Part shown: positions 51,749-61,443 of the stretch, in pieces
How the letters are laid out: each line of letters begins with the position of its first letter
Position numbering within the stretch: the stretch's first letter is position 1
NCBI GenBank assembly: GCA_963662235.1
Contig: OY759308.1
Coordinates: 2,043,545-2,107,544 of the forward strand
Reading direction: 5' to 3'
DNA: 64,000 nt
Source: Desulfobacterales bacterium
Lineage (GTDB): Bacteria > Desulfobacterota > Desulfobacteria > Desulfobacterales > G963662235
Notes under the pieces: generated by a model
Told to the model about the DNA's origin: nothing
The model's input: the letters and a program-made list of their open reading frames with translations, nothing else
Databases searched by the model: none
Made by a program: the position numbers and the translations under genes

Positions 51749-53543
51749 TTTTTAAACTAAAATAATACCCAATTAACTTCATAGCAATTTCTGCTGCTTT
51801 AACGTTTCTATACTCGCCATGTTCTACAACAACATAGATTGCAACTTCTGGCTCTCCTTTTGAAGGGGCATAAGCAACAAAAGAAGAGTGTGCAAAAAGG
51901 TGTCTCTTGGCTTTAATTTGGTTGTTATCATTACTTACAACTTGAGCAGTACCTGTTTTACCACTTATATTAAAAGGAGTACGATATGAATAGGCTGTGC
52001 CTTTTGGGCTATTTACAACTCTCCATAAGCTCTTTTTCAATATATTTATAGTCTTCGGTTTTAATTTTATATTTTTTTGGGAGTATGAATTTTGAAATAA
52101 AACTTTGCCATCTTTTCCCACTATTGACTTTACTATAGTAGGTTTTACAAACACTCCATCGTTTGCTATGGCAGAAATAAGAGAAAGCATTTGTATTGGC
52201 GTGGCAAGATTATAACCCTGACCTATAGAAACAGAAATGGTATCACCAAGATACCAAGATTTTTTTTTTACTGCCTTTTTCCACGCTTTAGTCGGCACCA
52301 AGCCTTCGTTCTCGCCTTCTATATCAATGCCTGTTATCTCACCAAACCCTAATAACTTTGCATACTTTGCAATTTTATTAACTCCTAACCTTTTGCCAAC
52401 TTCATAAAAAAAAATATCACAAGATTCAGTAAGAGCATCAACTATATTGACAACACCATGACCTTCTTGTTTCCAACACTTGAATTTTCTTTTGCCATAA
52501 ATTTTAGAGCCTCTACAAACGACAAGAAAATTTTCGTCTATAACGCCCTCTTCAAGTGCTGCTATTGCCAATACTATTTTATATATAGAAGCAGGAGGAT
52601 ATAAACCCTGCACAGGTTTATTAAACATAGGACGATTTTTATCTTTTATAAGCTTCTGCCATTTTGAATGAGACATAAAGCCAGAAAGCTTATTTAAATC
52701 AAAACTTGGATAACTTGCTAAAGTTAAGATTTCACCACTTTTGGGATTCATAACAATTACTGCCCCGGGGTTGTCTCCCATAAGCTCGTTGCTTTTTGCT
52801 TGTAGTTTTGCATCGATTGTAAGGTGAATATCAGCACCTGAAACAGGATTAACTGTTTTGATTTTTCTTACAATTTCTCCTTTTACATCAACCTCAAACT
52901 CTATCTCTCCTTTTTTACCTCTTAATAAAGCATCTTCTTGTTTTTCTAAACCCGCTTTCCCAATTATAGCATTTATATCCATTCCTTTTTTTTCTTTTAA
53001 CTCTTCAGGGCTTATAATACCAACATAACCAAGCAAGTGAGGTGCCAAATAAGAATCTTTATAATAACGTACAGGGCTTATATCTATTTTAACACCTGGT
53101 AAATCGAGTTTATTGTTTTCAACTATACTAAGAGTTCTTATATCGATATCATCATTAAGGACGATTTTACCATACGCTTTTCTTCTTATTCTCTTTTTTG
53201 CAATTATATCTAATAGTTCCACCTCAGGCAAACCTGTATATAAAGATAGTTTATGAATTGTTTCTTTGTATGGTTTAGCATCTTCAAGAATTATAGAGAG
53301 TTCAAACGATGGTCTATTACTTACAATGAAAAGCCCATTTTTATCAAATATATCACCTCTTGCTGCAAAAAGTTTCTGTTTTCTTATACAATTTTTTTCT
53401 GATTTTATCTTGTAAGTTTTTCCATTGATGATTTGAAGATAGAAAAGACGAAAAAAGATAATAGCAAATGCAAACAATATGATAAAAAATGCAAATCTAA
53501 CTCTTGTATGGTGCCAATTTGCATTAACTCTTAAATAAGACAT
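51735..53543 (-). CDS. mrdA: Penicillin-binding protein 2 (elongasome transpeptidase)
   Basis: 602 aa; N-terminal TM, dimerisation domain, transpeptidase motifs SIYK (SxxK), SCD-region, KTGTAQ. Confidence 0.85.
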   Translation of the reverse strand: MSYLRVNANWHHTRVRFAFFIILFAFAIIFFRLFYLQIINGKTYKIKSEKNCIRKQKLFAARGDIFDKNGLFIVSNRPSFELSIILEDAKPYKETIHKLSLYTGLPEVELLDIIAKKRIRRKAYGKIVLNDDIDIRTLSIVENNKLDLPGVKIDISPVRYYKDSYLAPHLLGYVGIISPEELKEKKGMDINAIIGKAGLEKQEDALLRGKKGEIEFEVDVKGEIVRKIKTVNPVSGADIHLTIDAKLQAKSNELMGDNPGAVIVMNPKSGEILTLASYPSFDLNKLSGFMSHSKWQKLIKDKNRPMFNKPVQGLYPPASIYKIVLAIAALEEGVIDENFLVVCRGSKIYGKRKFKCWKQEGHGVVNIVDALTESCDIFFYEVGKRLGVNKIAKYAKLLGFGEITGIDIEGENEGLVPTKAWKKAVKKKSWYLGDTISVSIGQGYNLATPIQMLSLISAIANDGVFVKPTIVKSIVGKDGKVLFQNSYSQKNIKLKPKTINILKKSLWRVVNSPKGTAYSYRTPFNISGKTGTAQVVSNDNNQIKAKRHLFAHSSFVAYAPSKGEPEVAIYVVVEHGEYRNVKAAEIAMKLIGYYFSLKNETD

Positions 53544-54042
53544 TTCTTCTAATATAAAAAAATAGTTTATCTGTTCTCTCTTTTAATACGTAAATAAAAG
53601 AGAACATAAAATATGAAGTTACAACACCCCACAACAACTGTTTTAAAATTCCAGCATATATAAAATCCCAAACAACACGCTCTGGATAAATAACTTTGAA
53701 AACGAACGCAAAAATTAAATTTTCAAAAATTATAGATATTAGAAAAATTAAGATAACAGTGACTTTTTTTTCAAGTATTCTACGAAAAGAGTTAATAAAA
53801 ACAAAAACCCAAAAATATGTAGTTAAATAGATACCGAAAGGTGCGATTGATATCGCTTCTACTAAGATAGCTATGAAAGTTAAAAAAAATAACGATTTAG
53901 CATTAGAATAGTCGTAACTGATATAGATAACAGCTATTAGCATAATATCATAAAAGTTATGAAAACAAAAAAAGTTCGGCAAGATGACCGTTTTTAAAAC
54001 AATAAAAAAAAGAATAAGTATTAAATTAAAGATATAATCCAT
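53524..54042 (-). CDS. MreD-like rod-shape membrane protein
   Basis: 172-aa polytopic protein immediately upstream of and overlapping mrdA. The call rests mostly on position. Confidence 0.4.
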   Translation of the reverse strand: MDYIFNLILILFFIVLKTVILPNFFCFHNFYDIMLIAVIYISYDYSNAKSLFFLTFIAILVEAISIAPFGIYLTTYFWVFVFINSFRRILEKKVTVILIFLISIIFENLIFAFVFKVIYPERVVWDFIYAGILKQLLWGVVTSYFMFSFIYVLKERTDKLFFYIRRNVLFKS

Positions 54043-54047
54043 TAATT

Positions 54048-56069
54048 TTATTCCTTATCGAACTTTAAAAAACTCATTACAAAACTTCCCCTACCTTGCG
54101 AAAGAGACCTTACAGTTGTGGAATAGCCAAACATCTTTGAAAGAGGCAAAATAGCTTTTACAACCTGCATATCAACCTTCGTCTCAACATTTTCTATTTT
54201 ACCACCTTTAGAGTTTATATCGCCCAAAATATCCCCTATAAATTTTTCAGGAACAAAAATTTCAACAGACATAATAGGTTCTAAATGAAATGGTAAGCCT
54301 AAAGGCAAAGCTTCTTTTACTGCCATATTTGAAGCAACCGAAAAAGCGAGCTCGGAAGAGTTTTCATTAAACTCCATATCTAAAATAGTAACCTCTATAT
54401 CTACAACAGGATACCCCATAATAGAGCCACTTCCAAAAGCATCGTTAACTCCATTTTTTACAGCCTGAATAAAATTCTCAGGGGTAGTATCGTCTTTAAG
54501 TTTAAAATTAAAACTTATACCTTCTCCTCTTTTTGCAGGACTTAAGGTCAATGAAACTTTAGCATAATGTTTTTTACCATTTATATCTTTATCAAAAACT
54601 ACCGAAGCTTTTGAGCTTTTTTCTATCGTCTCTCTAAAAACGACTTGAGGCTTACCTATGTTAACATTAGTCTTAAACTCTTTGAGCATTCTGCTTATTA
54701 TTACTTCAAGATGAAGCTCTCCCATACCAGATAAGATAGTCTGCCCTGTGTCTTCATCTGTTCTTATTTTTAATGTAGGGTCTTCTATTATAAACTTTTC
54801 AATAACTTCATTTAATTTTTCTTGATCTGAAATAGTCTTAGGCTCTATCGCTATAGATATAACAGGTTCATAAGAGCTTATTTTTTCAAGTAAAATAGGC
54901 TCTTGTTCACTTCCCAGAGTATCTCCTGTAGAGCTAAGCTTTAGCCCCATAACACCTACTATATCTCCTTTTTTTGCCTCTTTTATTCGCTCTTTTTTAT
55001 TCGCATGCATTTTAAAAATACGAGCCACTTTTTCTTTCTTACCTAAAGAGACATTATATACCGTACCACCTTCATCAAAACTCCCACTATAAACTCTTAC
55101 AAAAGATATTTTTCTGCCCTCTATCATAGAAACTTTAAAAACGAGTGCAAGAAGAGAAGAGTCTTTAGGAGTAAACAAAATCTTTTTATCGTCTCCTGGA
55201 ACGATTCCACTCATTTGTCCAATTTCTAAAGGACTGGGCAGGAAATCTACTATGGCATCAAGAAGCGGTTGCACTCCTTTATTTTTTAACGCTGAACCAC
55301 AAAAAACAGGTACTAAATCAAAATTTTGAACACATTTTCTTATAGCCTCTTTTATTGCACTTACTTCTATCTCTTTTTCTGCAAGATAATCTTCCATTAT
55401 TTTATCATCAAAATCGGCAAGCGTTTCTAAAAGAGTGTTGCGATATTGATGTGCATTTCCCAAATGTTCCTCTTCTATCTCTTTTTCTATTATATTAAGC
55501 CCAGAGCCTTTTTCTTCCCAAAAAAGCTGTTTCATAGAAATAAGGTCAATAATACTGTTAAAATTCTCTTCCATACCAACAGGAAGTTGCATAATTATTG
55601 GAGTTGCTTTTAGTTTTTCCTTTATCTCTTTTGCCACCTTAAAAAAATCGGCACCTATTCTATCCATTTTATTAACAAAAGCGATACGGGGAACTTTATA
55701 TTTATTGGCTTGCCTCCAGACTGTTTCAGATTGAGGTTCAACACCTCCAACTCCACAAAATACACAAACTGCACCATCAAGAACCCTTAAAGACCTTTCG
55801 ACTTCTATAGTAAAATCGACATGACCTGGAGTATCTATAATTTGTATAACATTGTTTTTCCACATACAGCTTGTAACAGCTGAAGTGATTGTTATACCTC
55901 TTTCCTGCTCATCACTCATCCAATCCATAACAGCTTCGCCATTATGAACTTCACCTATTTTATGCGATATACCTGTATAAAACAGTATCCTTTCAGTAAC
56001 AGTAGTTTTACCAGCATCAATATGTGCCATTATGCCGATATTTCTTAATTTTTGTATAGGAAGTTTCAT
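54048..56069 (-). CDS. fusA: Elongation factor G family GTPase (outside an rpsL-rpsG-tuf context, so possibly the EF-G2 paralogue)
   Basis: 673 aa; G1 [10 protein letters not shown]3 DTPGHVDF, G4 NKMD; EF-G domains II-V. Confidence 0.85.
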   Translation of the reverse strand: MKLPIQKLRNIGIMAHIDAGKTTVTERILFYTGISHKIGEVHNGEAVMDWMSDEQERGITITSAVTSCMWKNNVIQIIDTPGHVDFTIEVERSLRVLDGAVCVFCGVGGVEPQSETVWRQANKYKVPRIAFVNKMDRIGADFFKVAKEIKEKLKATPIIMQLPVGMEENFNSIIDLISMKQLFWEEKGSGLNIIEKEIEEEHLGNAHQYRNTLLETLADFDDKIMEDYLAEKEIEVSAIKEAIRKCVQNFDLVPVFCGSALKNKGVQPLLDAIVDFLPSPLEIGQMSGIVPGDDKKILFTPKDSSLLALVFKVSMIEGRKISFVRVYSGSFDEGGTVYNVSLGKKEKVARIFKMHANKKERIKEAKKGDIVGVMGLKLSSTGDTLGSEQEPILLEKISSYEPVISIAIEPKTISDQEKLNEVIEKFIIEDPTLKIRTDEDTGQTILSGMGELHLEVIISRMLKEFKTNVNIGKPQVVFRETIEKSSKASVVFDKDINGKKHYAKVSLTLSPAKRGEGISFNFKLKDDTTPENFIQAVKNGVNDAFGSGSIMGYPVVDIEVTILDMEFNENSSELAFSVASNMAVKEALPLGLPFHLEPIMSVEIFVPEKFIGDILGDINSKGGKIENVETKVDMQVVKAILPLSKMFGYSTTVRSLSQGRGSFVMSFLKFDKE

Positions 56070-57043
56070 TTTTTTATAAGCTCTTTTGCAGCCTCCATAG
56101 CAAAATATGTAAGTATAATGTCTGCCCCTGCTCTTTTTATTGACGTAAGAGTTTCTAACATAACTTTTTTGCCATCTATTAAATTGTGTTTTGCTGCAGT
56201 CTTAATCATAGCATATTCACCACTTACATTATAAGCTGCAACTGGATAACCGGTCTCTTCTTTAACTCTAAAAATTATATCAAGATAAGGCATAGCAGGC
56301 TTTACCATTAATATATCTGCTCCCTCTTCTATATCTAACATACTTTCTCTTATCGCTTCTTTTACATTAGCAGGATCCATCTGGTACGATTTTCTATCTC
56401 CAAATTGAGGTGCAGATTGTGCAGCATCTCTAAAAGGTCCATAAAAGCTTGAGCAATATTTAACAGCATACGACATTATAGAAACATCATTAAAATTATT
56501 TTCATCAAGAGCATCGCGAATAGCAAAAACTCTACCATCCATCATATCAGATGGGGCAACAATATCTGCTCCTGCCTCAGAATGAGAAAGAGCTATTTGG
56601 GCAAGAGTCTCAATAGTTGAATCGTTATCTATCTTATCGCCATCTAAAAAACCGCAATGACCACTATTTGTATATTGGCAAAGACAAACATCGGTAATGA
56701 TAAGAAAATTAAAGTTTTTATTTTTTATCTCTCTAATAGCTTTTTGGACAATACCATCTTTTTTATAAGCACTGCTCCCTTTATCATCTTTCGTATCGGG
56801 AACACCAAAAAGTATGATAGCAGGAATTTTTAAAGCCTCTACCTCTTTAAGCTCTTTTAGGAGCATATCGATAGAAAAACTAAACTGCCCTTCAAGACTT
56901 TTAATTGGCTCTTTGATTTTCTTCCCTTCAACTACAAAAAAAGGCATAACTAAATCGTTTATATCTAAAACAGTTTCCCTTACAAGCCTTCTGAAATTTT
57001 GGTTCTGTCTTAATCTTCTTGGTCTATAATTCGGAAAAAACAT
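56066..57043 (-). CDS. hemB: Porphobilinogen synthase (delta-aminolevulinate dehydratase), Zn type
   Basis: RPRRLR; Cys-rich site [14 protein letters not shown]; active-site [10 protein letters not shown]. Confidence 0.92.
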   Translation of the reverse strand: MFFPNYRPRRLRQNQNFRRLVRETVLDINDLVMPFFVVEGKKIKEPIKSLEGQFSFSIDMLLKELKEVEALKIPAIILFGVPDTKDDKGSSAYKKDGIVQKAIREIKNKNFNFLIITDVCLCQYTNSGHCGFLDGDKIDNDSTIETLAQIALSHSEAGADIVAPSDMMDGRVFAIRDALDENNFNDVSIMSYAVKYCSSFYGPFRDAAQSAPQFGDRKSYQMDPANVKEAIRESMLDIEEGADILMVKPAMPYLDIIFRVKEETGYPVAAYNVSGEYAMIKTAAKHNLIDGKKVMLETLTSIKRAGADIILTYFAMEAAKELIKK

Positions 57044-57054
57044 ATTAATATCCT

Positions 57055-57771
57055 TTAATTTTTAACTGCTAATTTTTTAAATTCATTTATGTAAAATTTA
57101 ACTAAATCTAAATCTTTCTTAACTGTTATTTTGATATTAAAAGGATTAGATAAAATTAACTTCACTTTACAATCTTTATTTTCACATAACGAAGCATCAT
57201 CTGTTGCCTTAATATTATTTTTTTTTGCAACTTTATATGCATTTTCTATTAAACTAAACTTAAATGTTTGAGGCGTTTTTGCAACATACATATCTTCTCT
57301 ATCGATAGTTTTTTCAATAAAAGATGAGATAGAGGCTTTTTTTACAGTTTCAAATATAGGAGAAGCTAAAATTGCACCTCCATACTTTTCCGCTTTTTTT
57401 ACCAGCTCTATTATCTCTTCTTTTAACACAAACGGTCTCACTCCATCGTGTATGATAAGAGTTATATTGTCTGCATCTTCTTTAAACACCTCTCTTACTT
57501 TTAAAATACCATTATAGACTGAAGATTGTCTACTATCTCCTCCCTCTGTAAAAAAGAGTTGCTTGTTTAGTTCTTTGGGTACTTTTTCTTTAAAAAAAGG
57601 GATATCATCTTTTGGCAAGACAAGCACAATTGCATCTATAACTTTTATATTAAAACAAAGCAAAGTATGAGACAAAATCGGCATATTATCTATTTCAAGA
57701 TACTGTTTGGAGACACTCCCTCCCATTCTCTCTCCGCTTCCGCCTGCGGTTATTAATGCAACTCTTTTCAT
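57055..57771 (-). CDS. ispD: 2-C-methyl-D-erythritol 4-phosphate cytidylyltransferase
   Basis: ALITAGGSGERMG...KQYLEI...; 238 aa. Confidence 0.85.
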   Translation of the reverse strand: MKRVALITAGGSGERMGGSVSKQYLEIDNMPILSHTLLCFNIKVIDAIVLVLPKDDIPFFKEKVPKELNKQLFFTEGGDSRQSSVYNGILKVREVFKEDADNITLIIHDGVRPFVLKEEIIELVKKAEKYGGAILASPIFETVKKASISSFIEKTIDREDMYVAKTPQTFKFSLIENAYKVAKKNNIKATDDASLCENKDCKVKLILSNPFNIKITVKKDLDLVKFYINEFKKLAVKN

Positions 57772-57793
57772 TATAATAAATTAAAATATTTAA

Positions 57794-57821
57794 CCCCCCT
57801 ATCCCCCCTTAAAAAGGGGGG
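57794..57821 (-). repeat. GC-element copy c (C6 run + C6-loop-G6 hairpin)
   Basis: cccccc-tat-cccccc-ttaaaaa-gggggg, inverted relative to copy d. Confidence 0.8.
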
Positions 57822-57880
57822 AACTCTATTTTTAATTTTTAAGGGTTATTCTATTTTTATACCTTTTTTTAAAATATTTA

Positions 57881-57908
57881 AATTCCACTTTCTTTTTCAA
57901 GTGGAATT
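57881..57908. other. 10-bp stem hairpin (possible terminator of the upstream minus-strand operon)
   Basis: AATTCCACTT-tctttttc-AAGTGGAATT. T-rich on the plus-strand side; on the minus-strand side the trailing sequence is only partly U-rich. Confidence 0.3.
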
Positions 57909-57924
57909 TATTTCGTTTATTTTC

Positions 57925-58092
57925 ATTTTTAAAGGTTAGTTTTTTCTTATCTCTCTTTTAAGGGTTTGGTTTTTTCTTATCTCCCCCTTTTAAGGGTTTG
58001 GTTGTTTTTCTTATCTCCCCTTTTTAAGGGTTTGTTGTTTTTCTTATCTCCCACTTTTAAGGGTTTGGTTGTTTTTCTTATCTCCCCCTTTT
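57925..58092 (+). repeat. Tandem repeat, ~5 units of 32-34 bp (consensus TAAGGGTTTGGTTGTTTTTCTTATCTCCCCCTTT)
   Basis: taaggg starts at 57959, 57991, 58025, 58058 and 58092, with a degenerate taaagg at 57930. Each unit reproduces the left arm and loop of the terminal hairpin. Confidence 0.9.
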
Positions 58093-58126
58093 AAGGGGGA
58101 TTAAGGGGGTTCGCCGAAAGGCGAAA
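58083..58126 (+). repeat. GC-element copy d (C5-loop-G5 hairpin + G5 run + TTCGCC-GAAA-GGCGAA hairpin)
   Basis: tcccccttttaagggggattaagggggttcgccgaaaggcgaa is the reverse complement of 41895-41936 apart from loop length. Confidence 0.85.
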
Positions 58127-58152
58127 GGCAAAAGCAACCTCAAAAAAACTTA

Positions 58153-58791
58153 CTACAATATAAATTGATGAATTTTTACTACCACTTGATTTAGAGCGTT
58201 TGAAAAACTTTTTTTAAACACAAAAAAGTCCAAAGAAAATAAAATCATAAAAAGCAAAATAGCAATAAAGTATCTTTTTCTTTTACTGATTTTTAATTTT
58301 AAAAAAAATGGCAAGGTTAAAGCTTTTCCCAAAGAAAAGGGAGGCAGAGGCAATAATAAATTATAAACACAAAAAGTTAAATTTGTTATAAGTAAAATGT
58401 TTAAAACTTTCTCATCTGCTAAAGCAGGAGAAAATTTAACTGCCATATAGAGAATAGAGCTTACAATATTTGCAAACAAAAAGTTAGCAATGGGACCTGC
58501 AAGATGAATTATAAAAATATGTTTTTTTTTCATTTCATCGTAATTAATTTGGCTCCCTCTCGCAAAACCAAAGCCAAAGAAAAAGAAAAGAAAGAACGAA
58601 AAAATATCGGAATGGGAAAGAGGATTAAATGAAAAAGCTCTTTTATTCTTTTTAACATCACTTCCAAATGACATAGCTACATAATTTTTAGCTTCAGCAT
58701 TCACCATACTTGCTACCATAAAAGATAGTATAGCTATAATAATATTATCTACCGCTAAATTGTAAAAAGGGATATAAGGTATTGTAAACAT
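58153..58791 (-). CDS. Site-2 protease (M50, COG1994-type) homologue with degenerate catalytic motifs
   Basis: Family pattern ...FNPLSHSD...GFGFARG...IHLAGPIANFLFA... is present, but NAEAK replaces HExxH and PFSLG replaces PLDGG. Confidence 0.5.
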   Translation of the reverse strand: MFTIPYIPFYNLAVDNIIIAILSFMVASMVNAEAKNYVAMSFGSDVKKNKRAFSFNPLSHSDIFSFFLFFFFGFGFARGSQINYDEMKKKHIFIIHLAGPIANFLFANIVSSILYMAVKFSPALADEKVLNILLITNLTFCVYNLLLPLPPFSLGKALTLPFFLKLKISKRKRYFIAILLFMILFSLDFFVFKKSFSNALNQVVVKIHQFIL

Positions 58792-58810
58792 AATTTTTGC
58801 CGATTTCTTT

Positions 58811-60514
58811 CTAAAGATTTTTGGTTATATCTTTTGCTTCCTTAATTAAAGCTTTATAATTTTTTTCAAGGGATACTCCGCTATATTTTGCTTCATCTAT
58901 TCTTTTTAAAAAATCTATTACTTTTTTTACTACGTTTTCATCTTTTTTAGTTAACAATATCTTTGCTACTTCCTCATAACTTAAGTTCTCTCCTCTTTGA
59001 TTGCTGGTAGCAAGTATCGAATAGATAACGTAATTATATAAATTTGTTAAAAAAGCATCGTTAAACTTTTTAGCATCTTTAAGAGAAAGCAACGCTTTTT
59101 GTTGCATAAGTTGTTTGTCATTGAGCTTTCTTCTAAAAATCAAAAAATAAACTTTCAAGATAAGAAAAAGCATAATGGGGACAAGCAGGGCAAAAATAAA
59201 CTCTTTTAATAAAAGAGGAGATTCATTCTCTATGGCTAACTCTTTTTTTATAGGTAAAATATCTTTTTTAAGATACTTAACTTTTTTTTTAACTAATGGA
59301 GCACTAATAGTTGCACCATCATCGTTTCCTTTACTTAATGATTTTTCCCCCTTTTCTACAACAATCTTGATAGGTAAACTTTCAAGAAGTTTATACCTTT
59401 TTTCTACAATATCAAAAAAACTTAACTTTATAGGCTCTATTTCATAGCTTCCCTCTTTAAGAGGAACAATAGCAAAACGAAAAGTTTTTTTACCAGAAAA
59501 CCCTGCTTCAGTAAGATTTATCTCCTCTTCTGGTTTATCTTTATAAATTTTAAACGAATCGGACAGCTTAACATCTAAGCTATCACAATCCATTAAGTTA
59601 CCCACACCTTCAACTTCGACAGATAACGTTGCAGACTCCTCTTGTTTTATTCTCTTTTTGTCTATGGTAACATTAAGACCAATTCTTCCTACTATGTTCG
59701 AAAAATTTTCGTAATTAAGCTTAGGAAGCTCTTTGATATTAATATTTAAATCTTTAGCTTGAAGAACACGCTTTTTAAGCCTAACTCCACCAAAAAAAAA
59801 TGGGTCGTTAAAAAAAGAGTTTGTGTTATTCCCTTGCATAACTACGCCAAAAGATAAAACACCACCTTGAATATTCACCTTGCCAGACTTAATAGGTATT
59901 AAAACATATTTAAGCTCGGTAACATTAAAAAGCATACCTTCTATTTGGGTTCTATAAAACTTATCTGGTTTAATAGGTTTTGCGATAAAATTTTCAAAAT
60001 TTGGTGGCTGAAAATTCAAATCGCTAATTTCAACTCTATTATAAATTTTAAAACTATATACAATTTGCTCATTTAAAAAAGGGGAGTTATTTGATATTGA
60101 ACTATCTACAAAAACTTCATTGTTACCTGTGACTTTAGTTTTATTTTTTGTAACAACAATAGTGATTTTATTTGTAAACTTATCTTTTACTTTAATCGGC
60201 GGTATAGTAAATTTGCCTATCTGTTTCGGTATCAAGATATAACTAAAAAAAACTTCCTTAGAATATTTATTGTTTATTATTTTTACACTGGAAGTTCTTC
60301 CCTGCTCAATAACTTCAAAGTGGCTTTTAAGATTAGACATCTCAATTGATGAGTTTTCGTCCTCAAGCACAATAGTAAGATTTATAGATTCACCTATTGC
60401 CACCTGATTTCTATCTACAAAAGCTCTAACCTCAGCAAACAAGAGATTAAACGAACTAAGAAGAAAAAGTGATAAAAAAATCGATATAGTTATATATTTT
60501 CGTATATTTCTCAT
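58811..60514 (-). CDS. BatD-family (aerotolerance-operon type) membrane protein
   Basis: 567 aa; signal peptide, VDRNQVAIGESINLTIVLE-type beta-rich ectodomain repeats, one TM near residue 440, cytoplasmic helical tail. Confidence 0.5.
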   Translation of the reverse strand: MRNIRKYITISIFLSLFLLSSFNLLFAEVRAFVDRNQVAIGESINLTIVLEDENSSIEMSNLKSHFEVIEQGRTSSVKIINNKYSKEVFFSYILIPKQIGKFTIPPIKVKDKFTNKITIVVTKNKTKVTGNNEVFVDSSISNNSPFLNEQIVYSFKIYNRVEISDLNFQPPNFENFIAKPIKPDKFYRTQIEGMLFNVTELKYVLIPIKSGKVNIQGGVLSFGVVMQGNNTNSFFNDPFFFGGVRLKKRVLQAKDLNINIKELPKLNYENFSNIVGRIGLNVTIDKKRIKQEESATLSVEVEGVGNLMDCDSLDVKLSDSFKIYKDKPEEEINLTEAGFSGKKTFRFAIVPLKEGSYEIEPIKLSFFDIVEKRYKLLESLPIKIVVEKGEKSLSKGNDDGATISAPLVKKKVKYLKKDILPIKKELAIENESPLLLKEFIFALLVPIMLFLILKVYFLIFRRKLNDKQLMQQKALLSLKDAKKFNDAFLTNLYNYVIYSILATSNQRGENLSYEEVAKILLTKKDENVVKKVIDFLKRIDEAKYSGVSLEKNYKALIKEAKDITKNL

Positions 60515-60853
60515 TCTATTTATAAATAATTTTAAATAATTAATTTTAATTCAAGACGACTTGAAACCTACTTAAGATAAGTTAAATGGCTTAAATAACA
60601 ATGTAAAACAAGTATGTAAAAAATCTAAAAATTTCAGAGATAAAATTTAGAAAAATAATTAAACATTTTGCCACTTAATTTAGAAGCAAACAAAATAGCA
60701 ATTTTAACTAATATAAGTAGAAATACAATAAATAAATATTCGCTTAAAAAATTAAAAAGAATAGTGGGTGTATTGTTATAGCACACCGCATTTGATAGGA
60801 ATTATAGAAATTAAAAAATCTTATTTTGGGATAAAAAGACCCAAACAAGTTTG

Positions 60854-61215
60854 CTAATAAAAAAACCTGTTCACTAAAGTTAAGGCAGGAGCTAAAATAG
60901 TAAATGCAGTACCAATGGCAACAAAACCTCCTCCTACTAATCCAGTCACTCCAAAAATAGCAGTTTTTTACCAACACTCTTAACTCCTTTAACAATATTT
61001 TTCGTTCCTTCTCCCAATTCGTCCGTAGCAGCGAGAGAGGCACGGTATTGCATAACGCACAAAAGTTGTCGGAGCACTTCAAATCTGCGGAGGACAAATT
61101 GCAATTGCACAAGATTTAAAAAACCAAGTGTTTCATTCTGAAAGCGGTAGGGTTTGAGTTGACCTAAAATAGAAATAATAAAAAGAGACTTAAAATTTTT
61201 GTTTAGATTAATCAT
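60854..61215 (-). pseudogene. Short ORF interrupted at an A6 run; a -1 shift joins it to a glycine-zipper hydrophobic tail
   Basis: Frame 0 (61215..60946): MINLNKNF...AATDELGEGTKNIVKGVKSVGKK then LLFLE-stop. After a -1 shift at GGT AAA AAA C (60972..60963) it reads TAIFGVTGLVGGGFVAIGTAFTILAPALTLVNRFFY-stop (stop at 60856..60854). Confidence 0.35.
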
Positions 61216-61432
61216 TCTTATTTTTCTCTAATCTTTTAAATTTTACACCATATTTCTTTTCTCTTTGCCATTGATACAATTTATCTAATCCTAAAGCACT
61301 ATCTCTCTTAATAGACAGACAAACTATCAAAATCATAGCCATACTTTTAAGTAAATAACCTAAAGTACTACTATTAGGTTTATATATCATTATAAACCCT
61401 ATCAAAAAAAAACATATTATATCATATATCAT
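61208..61432 (-). CDS. Small two-TM protein, candidate immunity/partner of the upstream exoprotein C-terminal domain
   Basis: 74 aa; TM1 IICFFLIGFIMIY, TM2 LGYLLKSMAMILIVCLSI, basic tail; starts 11 nt after the exoprotein stop. Confidence 0.5.
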   Translation of the reverse strand: MIYDIICFFLIGFIMIYKPNSSTLGYLLKSMAMILIVCLSIKRDSALGLDKLYQWQREKKYGVKFKRLEKNKND

Positions 61433-61443
61433 AAAGTTTTCCT

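Noticed and set aside
60744-61112. 122-aa track ORF (Cys/Trp/Phe/Tyr-rich)
   Set aside because: Its composition is implausible. It overlaps the better-supported frame 60946..61215 and the glycine-zipper frame, and it has no family resemblance.
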